Assembly: GCF_000341395.1 (NCBI RefSeq)
Contig: NC_020304.1
Coordinates: 3,330,001-3,362,000, forward strand
Source: Desulfocapsa sulfexigens DSM 10523
Lineage (GTDB): Bacteria > Desulfobacterota > Desulfobulbia > Desulfobulbales > Desulfocapsaceae
Length of the DNA: 32,000 nucleotides
Direction of reading: 5' to 3'
In this document: piece by piece, positions 25,937 to 32,000 of the stretch
Numbering within the stretch: the stretch's first letter is position 1
Layout of the letters: the number at the start of each line of letters is the position of its first letter
Notes under the pieces: model-generated
The model's database searches: none
Seen by the model: only the letters and a program-made list of their open reading frames with translations
What the model was told of the DNA's origin: nothing
Position numbers and translations under genes: made by a program

Positions 25937-27763
25937 ATGGACGATCAAACTCATCAGGAAAAAGATACTCGCATTCTTATTGTGGATGATGAAGCCAGTA
26001 TTCGTCTCACCTTTGAAATGTTTCTTGCAAGAGAAGGCTACGGACCCATCACCACTGCTGCCACTTTCTCCGAAGCAATTGAGGTGATAAACAGCAACAC
26101 ATTTGACCTGATAATCAGCGATATTGTTCTTGAAGGTGAACGGGGAACTGACCTTCTTCGTAAAATTCGTGAGGCAGGAATCGAATGCCCTGTGGTAATG
26201 GTCACCGGATTCCCTAATCTTGATTCCGCAGCAGAGGCTGTCAGACACGGAGCTTTTGATTATATTTCAAAACCAGTCAACAAAGAAACATTACTCAGAT
26301 TTGTACGTCAGGCTTTAAGCCATTGGCAACTCGAACAGGAGAAAAAGAATCTCCTTCAGGAAAATGAAAAATTCAAACGCTACCTGGAAGCAATTTTCAG
26401 TTCCGTTCGCGATGCAATCATTACTATAGATAATGATATGAATATCGTGCAGTTGAATGATACGGCCAAGCGATGGCTGCTTTTCAGTGATTCTGCTGAC
26501 GACATCAATTTAAGGACTAGCAATCGCCTCGACAGTTATAAGAATGAAATGGGCAAAGCCTGCCTTCAGGACGCCAAACAGGTACTAGCAAATAAAATAG
26601 AAGTCCGTGAACACCAGGTCGAGTGTCGCAAACCCGATGGCAACATACGAATCATAAGTTTAAATGCAGCCCCGCTTGAAGATGGGCAGGATGAGTTTAA
26701 CGGTGTTGTTATCGTAGCTCGTGATATCACTCTACCGGAACCAGAGACGGGACCTCATACTCGAAATAAATTCCATGGATATGTTGGTTCAAGTCAGGTA
26801 ATGCAACAGGTATACAATCTTATTGAAAATGTGGGTAAAGTTGATACTGCAGTGCTGATAACTGGAGAATCGGGTACTGGAAAAGAGCTTGCTGCAGAAG
26901 CTTTGCATGCTGAAAGTACCAGGCGCGACATGCCACTTGTCAAAGTTGATTGTGCAGCAATGCCTGAGGAGCTACTGGAAAGCGAACTTTTTGGTCATAT
27001 TAAAGGAGCCTTCACTGGCGCAGAAAAAAATCGAGAAGGGAGATTGTTACAGGCACACAATGGAACACTTTTTCTTGATGAAATTGGTGACGTATCGCCA
27101 CGGATGCAATTACGGCTCCTGAGATTTCTTCAAGAAAAAACTTTTACTCCAGTTGGCCAGGATAATCCCATTGAAGTTGATGTTCGTATCATTGCGGCTA
27201 CCAATGTTAATTTCACAGAAAAAGTAAAGGATGGCAGTTTTCGTGAAGATTTATACTACCGCCTAAAAGTTGTTGAGATTAAACTACCACCGCTTCGAGA
27301 CAGAAAAGGTGGTATCCCAATACTTGTGCACCACTTTCTTTCCATGTTTCGTGAAAAACTGAAGCGCAATATCCATGGAATATCCGATCAAGCCATGGAC
27401 GCATTAACTAAATATTCCTGGCCTGGAAATGTCAGAGAGCTCAGACATGTTATTGAGAGAGCTTGTGTCTTATGTGAAGGTCCAACAATTTCCCTTGAAC
27501 ACTTTGCAGAAGAAATACAAAGGCAGCCCTTGCATCCCCAACAAACACCTCCCACCTCCCTACCACAGGAAGGAAGAGCTGCACTCCCGCCCTACATAAG
27601 TGAACGCGATGAAATCATAGATATACTCAAGAGAGCACGGGGTAACAAATCAAAAGCCGCACGTATGCTAAATATAGATCGTTCAACTCTCTATCGTAAG
27701 ATGCAACGTATCGGCATTGCCAAAGACATTGCCAAAGCACCTGCCCCTAAAAACACCCCATAG
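25937..27763 (+). CDS. Sigma-54-dependent response regulator (REC-PAS-AAA+ EBP-Fis-type HTH)
   Basis: REC (ILIVDDE...LIISDIVLEG), a central PAS, Walker A GESGTGKE, an intact GAFTGA loop, Walker B LFLDEIG, and HTH AARMLNIDRSTLYRKM. It starts immediately after the kinase stop. Confidence 0.92.
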   Translation: MDDQTHQEKDTRILIVDDEASIRLTFEMFLAREGYGPITTAATFSEAIEVINSNTFDLIISDIVLEGERGTDLLRKIREAGIECPVVMVTGFPNLDSAAEAVRHGAFDYISKPVNKETLLRFVRQALSHWQLEQEKKNLLQENEKFKRYLEAIFSSVRDAIITIDNDMNIVQLNDTAKRWLLFSDSADDINLRTSNRLDSYKNEMGKACLQDAKQVLANKIEVREHQVECRKPDGNIRIISLNAAPLEDGQDEFNGVVIVARDITLPEPETGPHTRNKFHGYVGSSQVMQQVYNLIENVGKVDTAVLITGESGTGKELAAEALHAESTRRDMPLVKVDCAAMPEELLESELFGHIKGAFTGAEKNREGRLLQAHNGTLFLDEIGDVSPRMQLRLLRFLQEKTFTPVGQDNPIEVDVRIIAATNVNFTEKVKDGSFREDLYYRLKVVEIKLPPLRDRKGGIPILVHHFLSMFREKLKRNIHGISDQAMDALTKYSWPGNVRELRHVIERACVLCEGPTISLEHFAEEIQRQPLHPQQTPPTSLPQEGRAALPPYISERDEIIDILKRARGNKSKAARMLNIDRSTLYRKMQRIGIAKDIAKAPAPKNTP

Positions 27764-27888
27764 TGTTGCAATAACGTTGCGCGCACGCACGATAGCAACA
27801 CTTTCGCAACACTACCAGCAAAAACGCAACACTCTCGCAACACACCTGCTCTTTCCCCTGTTCATACAAATCCCCCCTCATGCAACAC
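27763..27888. promoter_or_regulatory. Upstream activator array: GTGTTGC / GTTGCGC half-sites followed by five direct GCAACAC copies
   Basis: GTGTTGC 27763-27769 (overlaps the last base of the EBP stop codon) and GTTGCGC 27776-27782. GCAACAC at 27795, 27806, 27826, 27837 and 27882, with 11-bp spacing inside each of the two pairs. The array lies about 80-200 bp upstream of the sigma-54 promoter. Confidence 0.65.
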
Positions 27889-27963
27889 ATCACCCACTCT
27901 AACAAGTAACAAAACCGGGCCTCAAGACTGATCGTTGTTTTATCTGGAGACAAAAAAGCATTC

Positions 27964-27980
27964 TGGCACGCAGCGTGCAT
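27964..27980 (+). promoter_or_regulatory. Sigma-54 (RpoN) promoter TGGCACG-N4-GTGCAT
   Basis: TGGCACGCAGCGTGCAT matches the TGGCACG-N4-TTGCW consensus with exact GG/GC spacing (GG 27965-27966, GC 27977-27978). It lies about 65 nt upstream of the first small ORF. Confidence 0.8.
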
Positions 27981-28043
27981 TGTTAATGTTACAAAGCAAC
28001 TAGATTTAAAAAATCATAAAAAAACCATACAGGGAGAAACAAA

Positions 28044-28250
28044 ATGAAAAACACAACTACTATCACAAGAGAAAGAAGCACAACCAATGAAAACACAGCT
28101 CTTGAACTTAATAAGGTTGGTGTTCACGCTGTAACTATCTCTTCTGCAATTATTGGTTGCTGGGCCGTTGCCTGTCTCGCCTCCGGTGTGATCAGCAGTG
28201 GAGGACCTGCAGGTCTTGTCTCTAACTTCATTTCCGCCTTCACTGGATAA
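28044..28250 (+). CDS. Small membrane protein, paralogue 1 of 4 (68 aa), unknown family
   Basis: GGGAGA RBS. Polar T/N/E/R-rich N-terminus, then ...LELNKVGVHAVTISSAIIGCWAVACLASGVISSGGPAGLVSNFISAFTG*. Confidence 0.75.
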   Translation: MKNTTTITRERSTTNENTALELNKVGVHAVTISSAIIGCWAVACLASGVISSGGPAGLVSNFISAFTG

Positions 28251-28292
28251 ACGATAGCCACTCATAACAACCATAGCGCCAGGAGCTTAAAA

Positions 28293-28505
28293 ATGAACTC
28301 TTCTCACTCCGCAGAAACAACCAGTACCCAAGCGAAAAGCCAAGCCAATGCTACCAGCGAAATATCAAAAGTAAGTGTTGGGTTTATAGCCCTCACAGCT
28401 ACAATTATCGGCTGCTGGGCAACGGCAAGTCTTTTTGCAGGTACTATAAGTAGTGGCGGACCGATAGGGCTCATACGAAATCTCATTACAGCCATTACTG
28501 GTTAA
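28293..28505 (+). CDS. Small membrane protein, paralogue 2 of 4 (70 aa)
   Basis: AGGAG RBS. ...SEISKVSVGFIALTATIIGCWATASLFAGTISSGGPIGLIRNLITAITG*. By manual alignment 22/34 identical to paralogue 1 over the C-terminal part. Confidence 0.75.
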   Translation: MNSSHSAETTSTQAKSQANATSEISKVSVGFIALTATIIGCWATASLFAGTISSGGPIGLIRNLITAITG

Positions 28506-28550
28506 TATAGGTCTAAATTAAAATTCCTGACACTATAAGAGGATCATCTC

Positions 28551-28775
28551 ATGGAAGACAAAGCAATCACAAAAGAAATCACTAAAACTACTGCTACAGT
28601 TCATGAAATTGAACACACCGATAGCGAATTATATAAAGTTGGCATGTACACAACAGCAGCATTTGCTGCAATTGTCGGAATATGGGGTCTGGTATGCCTT
28701 TCAAGTGCCATCCTTGAGAATGGTGCCCCTGTTGAAATGTTGAAAAATCTGTACCACGCCATTACCGGCGCCTAA
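28551..28775 (+). CDS. Small membrane protein, paralogue 3 of 4 (74 aa)
   Basis: AGAGGA RBS. ...TDSELYKVGMYTTAAFAAIVGIWGLVCLSSAILENGAPVEMLKNLYHAITGA*. Confidence 0.75.
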   Translation: MEDKAITKEITKTTATVHEIEHTDSELYKVGMYTTAAFAAIVGIWGLVCLSSAILENGAPVEMLKNLYHAITGA

Positions 28776-28847
28776 TGACCTCTTCAACGAATTTTTTTAA
28801 TAATGTGCAGCAAAACACCTATAAAAATATTATAAAGGAATATCACT

Positions 28848-29063
28848 ATGAGCAACGTAGATACCAAACAAACTGTCAAAACAACCGTACACGAAGCCGT
28901 TAACACTGACAGCGAACTCTACAAAGTCGGAACTGTTGTAACCGCAGCCTTTGCTGGTGGGATTGGACTCTGGGCTGTTATCTGTCTCTCTTCAGCCTTC
29001 ATGTCAGAAGGCCCCGTGGCTCTGTTAAAAAGCCTTTTTGGAGCGGTATCCGGAACAATGTAG
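28848..29063 (+). CDS. Small membrane protein, paralogue 4 of 4 (71 aa)
   Basis: AAGGAA RBS. ...TDSELYKVGTVVTAAFAGGIGLWAVICLSSAFMSEGPVALLKSLFGAVSGTM*. By manual alignment about 29/51 identical to paralogue 3. Confidence 0.75.
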   Translation: MSNVDTKQTVKTTVHEAVNTDSELYKVGTVVTAAFAGGIGLWAVICLSSAFMSEGPVALLKSLFGAVSGTM

Positions 29064-29116
29064 CATGTGTATGTAAAAATATGCTAAGCTCTCTTAGCTT
29101 CAAAGATATTTTAAAA

Positions 29117-29148
29117 GCCAGGGATATTTGTATCCCTGGCTTTTTTTT
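29117..29148 (+). terminator. Strong rho-independent terminator closing the small-protein operon
   Basis: GCCAGGGATA-TTTG-TATCCCTGGC (perfect 10-bp stem) followed by T8. A smaller hairpin GCTAAG-CTCT-CTTAGC lies at 29083-29098. Confidence 0.88.
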
Positions 29149-29176
29149 GACTTATACCTGCATATACCTGTATAAT
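29147..29176 (+). promoter_or_regulatory. Sigma-70-type promoter candidate for the ftsH paralogue (TTGACT-18 nt-TATAAT)
   Basis: TTGACT at 29147-29152 and a perfect TATAAT at 29171-29176. The spacer contains the direct repeat TATACCTG x2. Confidence 0.5.
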
Positions 29177-29253
29177 CATTCGGTGCCAGATAGGGCACAA
29201 TTTTATCTTTTTTTAGTAACTAGCTACATCATGCTTTTCATTTAAGGAACATA

Positions 29254-31125
29254 ATGGCGATATTGATTCGAAACCTGTTTGTCTTTTTTCTTTTTACTGT
29301 AATCCTTGGCGGAAGCTATGGCCTATGGATACTCGAACACCAATTGCGCACAGTATCTTATAGCGAATTTCGTTATTGCCTTGCTAATCATGATTTGAAA
29401 TCCACCACCTTTACCGGCAACAAAGTTATCGCTACCCATAAGAGTGGTGACAGTTATGAGACTACAGTCCCAAATGCTGAAAAACTTATTTCTGAGCTGC
29501 AGGATAAAAATATCCAGATTATTTTCAAAAAAGATCGATCGGAGCAGATTTTCCAAGCTATTGCAATTATCTATGTCATTCTTTTGCTTCTCACTGTTAT
29601 AATCTCCTTGAGCAGGAAAAAGAAAACAGAGGAGGAAGAAAATAAGTTTGCCTCAGACAAACTTATTCTCCCTGATGGGAGCCATAAACAAGTGACTTTC
29701 GACGATGTAGCAGGTATCCCCGAGGCACTTGAGGAGCTTCAGGAGGTTGTCAATTTCCTGAAAGATCCTGAACAATATAGTCAGATTGGAGCGGTGAGTC
29801 CAAAAGGCGTGTTACTTCAAGGACCTCCTGGAACCGGGAAAACGCTTCTTGCCAGAGCCATTGCTGGGGAGGCAAAGGTTCCTTTTTACAGTTTCAGCGG
29901 TTCTGATTTTGTAGAAATGTTTGTTGGAGTAGGAGCATCAAGGGTTCGTGATATTTTCAAGGAAGCCAAGAGCAATGCACCATGTATTATTTTTATTGAT
30001 GAAATAGATGCAGTTGGTGGTAGCCGTGCTGGAGGAAGCACGGCCAGTGGCCAGGACGAAAGAAGCCAGACCTTGAATGCACTCCTGGTCGAAATGGATG
30101 GATTTTCGTCTACTGACACCATTATAGTGCTTGCAGCAACCAATAGACCAGATATCCTGGATCCAGCCCTGAGACGTCCAGGTCGTTTTGACAGACAGGT
30201 CAACATCCTGCCACCTGACATCAAGGGCAGAAAACGAATCCTTAAGGTTCACAGTGCCAAAGTTGCTCTTGCCCCTGAAATCAACCTCGACAAAATTGCT
30301 CATATGGTTCCCGGTTTTACTGGTGCAGAGCTGGCAAATCTTGTCAACGAAGCGGCCCTGATGGCTGCAAGAGAGCAAAAGAAAGTTGTTAGCCATCAAC
30401 ATTTTGAGCAGGCCAGAGATCGCATACTTATGGGGGTTGAACGAAAGGGGAGAATAATGTCCGACGCTGATCGAGAGATTCTTGCCTACCATGAGGCAGG
30501 TCACGCAATTGTTGCCAAAACCCTACCCGACGCTGACCCAATCCACAAAATAACCATCATCCCTCGTGGCCAGGCACTTGGCCAGACGCAGCAATTATCC
30601 ATTAACGATAGAAGCAGTTATAACTTCAACTACCTGCGCAGTAGAATTGTTATTTTGATGGGTGGCAGAGCAGCAGAAGAGATTGCATTTGGACAACGTA
30701 CTACAGGCGCCCAGGGGGACATTGTTCAAGCCACTGAAATTGCGACCAACATGATCTGCAAGTGGGGAATGAGCGATGTAATAGGTCCGCAGGCCATGGT
30801 AATAGATAACGCAGGATTCCTTGGAGGCTCATCGCACCGTGTTGAAATGAGTGACAGGACATCGGAAGCAATTGACAAGGAGATAAAAAATCTCCTGGCG
30901 TCCTGCCACGATGAAGCAGTAGTAATCATCAAAGAACAATACTACCTTCTCAAACAGCTTGCAGCCATACTCCTTGAGGTTGAAACCCTGGATGATGAGG
31001 AGTTCAACATCATCATGTCCTGTCAATTTAAGGAAAAAATTGCTGCAGGAATAAAAGAAACTCACGAGTGTGAAACCTGCCCTGCAGCTGACAGATGTAT
31101 TCATTCAAAGCTGAAGAAGGACTAG
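29254..31125 (+). CDS. ftsH: ATP-dependent zinc metalloprotease FtsH (probable paralogue)
   Basis: Two N-terminal TM helices; Walker A GPPGTGKT; pore loop FVEMFVGVGASR; Walker B IIFIDEIDAV; SRH ATNRPDILDPALRRPGRFDR; HEAGH zinc site. Unusual Cys-rich tail THECETCPAADRCIH. Confidence 0.9.
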   Translation: MAILIRNLFVFFLFTVILGGSYGLWILEHQLRTVSYSEFRYCLANHDLKSTTFTGNKVIATHKSGDSYETTVPNAEKLISELQDKNIQIIFKKDRSEQIFQAIAIIYVILLLLTVIISLSRKKKTEEEENKFASDKLILPDGSHKQVTFDDVAGIPEALEELQEVVNFLKDPEQYSQIGAVSPKGVLLQGPPGTGKTLLARAIAGEAKVPFYSFSGSDFVEMFVGVGASRVRDIFKEAKSNAPCIIFIDEIDAVGGSRAGGSTASGQDERSQTLNALLVEMDGFSSTDTIIVLAATNRPDILDPALRRPGRFDRQVNILPPDIKGRKRILKVHSAKVALAPEINLDKIAHMVPGFTGAELANLVNEAALMAAREQKKVVSHQHFEQARDRILMGVERKGRIMSDADREILAYHEAGHAIVAKTLPDADPIHKITIIPRGQALGQTQQLSINDRSSYNFNYLRSRIVILMGGRAAEEIAFGQRTTGAQGDIVQATEIATNMICKWGMSDVIGPQAMVIDNAGFLGGSSHRVEMSDRTSEAIDKEIKNLLASCHDEAVVIIKEQYYLLKQLAAILLEVETLDDEEFNIIMSCQFKEKIAAGIKETHECETCPAADRCIHSKLKKD

Positions 31126-31135
31126 GATAAAGAAA

Positions 31136-32000
31136 ATGCGGTCCTTAAAAAAAATGAGCTACCTCGTTTTCATGGGGGTAGCCCTTCTCCTCCTGTTGGT
31201 GATCATCTTCATTGTTCGCCAGTATCAACTGTCAGAACAATACGACACCATCATAACACAAAGCGAGAAGATGGTCTTTCAACTGCTGACGATACGGGAA
31301 CAACTCACCACTTCCCTTATCAAACAGGATTGGAAAGCCATCGCCACAACTGCAAACCAACTTGAAGATCTCAACTCTTCCATCGCAAGACTTCAGGAAA
31401 ATCCATTGATCCCAGGTGAGTTCAGACTTGGAATGGCACATCAAGTAGATGTCTCCGGTATAGCTATCGCTTCAAGAGAAATACTTTCAAGTTCTGACAA
31501 GCTTACAAACAGTCTTGTACTACAAGACAAGATGCGCAGTCTCACAGAATATCTTCTTCAGTTTGACCGTATTATAGGAAGTCAAATGCGTGCAAAAGTT
31601 GTGGCTTTCCAGACGGTAATGATAGGCGCACTTGGTGTGATCATTTGCCTAATAAGTTTTTCTCTTATTCTGCTCTACAAAAAGGCTTTAATCCCCCTCC
31701 TCCACCTTAAAAGACAAACCACGGACAACGATGTCATCAGCACTGGATTTCTGTATGACAAAAGCACCTGCTCAGAAATTACCATTTTTGTTGATTCTGT
31801 AAACTCACTACTCGATCAAATGAAAAACAGATCAGCAACTCAGGAACTTCCCCACACACTCAGCGATGAACTTGCTTCTATTATCAATGAAAGCAATAAT
31901 ATATCAAATGGAATCATCAATTATGCTCAATTGTTAAAGGATTCCTACCGTGAGGTTGAGATGGGAAATGAGGAGATGAAAATCCTCCAGAATATTATCG
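31136..32000 (+). CDS. Membrane sensor with a histidine-kinase-like DHp region; partial, runs off the right edge; the H-box His appears replaced by Asn
   Basis: Not in the ORF track because it is open-ended. I translated it manually and found no stop from the ATG at 31136 to 32000. MRSLKKMSYLVFMGVALLLLLVIIFIV (TM1), a periplasmic helical region of about 130 aa, TM2 VMIGALGVIICLISFSLILL, then DELASIINESNNISNGIINYAQLL, which aligns with [24 protein letters not shown] of the kinase at 24785. Confidence 0.6.
   Translation, partial: MRSLKKMSYLVFMGVALLLLLVIIFIVRQYQLSEQYDTIITQSEKMVFQLLTIREQLTTSLIKQDWKAIATTANQLEDLNSSIARLQENPLIPGEFRLGMAHQVDVSGIAIASREILSSSDKLTNSLVLQDKMRSLTEYLLQFDRIIGSQMRAKVVAFQTVMIGALGVIICLISFSLILLYKKALIPLLHLKRQTTDNDVISTGFLYDKSTCSEITIFVDSVNSLLDQMKNRSATQELPHTLSDELASIINESNNISNGIINYAQLLKDSYREVEMGNEEMKILQNII

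Noticed and set aside
27763-27888. GCAACAC repeat array as a CRISPR or other repeat-spacer element
   Set aside because: The repeats are only 7 nt, irregularly spaced (11/20/11/45) and sit in front of a sigma-54 promoter. That is consistent with protein-binding sites, not CRISPR.
28014-28495. Minus-strand ORFs 28014..28274 and 28304..28495 overlapping small paralogues 1 and 2
   Set aside because: They lack an RBS and any paralogy, whereas the + strand ORFs have RBSs, a mutually conserved protein pattern and sit between a promoter and a terminator.
1-32000. Mobile elements, prophage genes, defence systems, tRNA/rRNA genes, in-frame TGA (selenocysteine) or frameshifted pseudogenes
   Set aside because: None found. 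All large ORFs are intact with recognisable full-length domain sets. The intergenic regions are short or AT-rich, with no tRNA-like GC-rich cloverleaf segments and no long terminal repeats.

Overview
Densely coding chromosomal window with no tRNA or rRNA genes, CRISPR arrays, transposases or integrases that I can see. By eye it is moderately AT-rich. The gene families present (multihaem c-type cytochromes, an NrfC/NrfD-type module, sigma-54 enhancer-binding proteins, Cys-rich CW proteins) suggest an anaerobic delta-proteobacterium-like (Desulfobulbales-type) organism; this lineage call is inference only. Left third (1-13.5 kb), housekeeping genes: purD (partial), a TetR regulator, greA, a minus-strand rpoH-degT-giant TPR/beta-barrel gene string, lepA, a Cys-rich CW protein, engB-hisG-hisI and an FKBP isomerase. 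Middle (13.7-21.3 kb): a chemosensory cluster cheA(hybrid)-cheW-cheB-cheR plus a receiver protein, with no MCP or single-domain CheY, and a convergent secreted bipartite pentapeptide-repeat protein. Right third (21.5-32 kb), the most interesting part: a Tat-targeted 4x[4Fe-4S] protein, a hexahaem (2 x c7-type trihaem) cytochrome and an NrfD-like membrane subunit, then a PAS histidine kinase and a sigma-54 enhancer-binding response regulator. Next comes a near-consensus sigma-54 promoter preceded by phased GCAACAC repeats. That promoter drives four tandem 68-74 aa paralogous small membrane proteins of a family I do not recognise, ending at a strong terminator. Downstream are an FtsH paralogue and a membrane sensor whose H-box histidine appears replaced by Asn. 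An 18/20-identical copy of the repeat element also sits at the promoter of the FeS/cytochrome/NrfD operon, which suggests one regulon. All calls rest on manual reading of the ORF translations and the DNA; no database search was possible.
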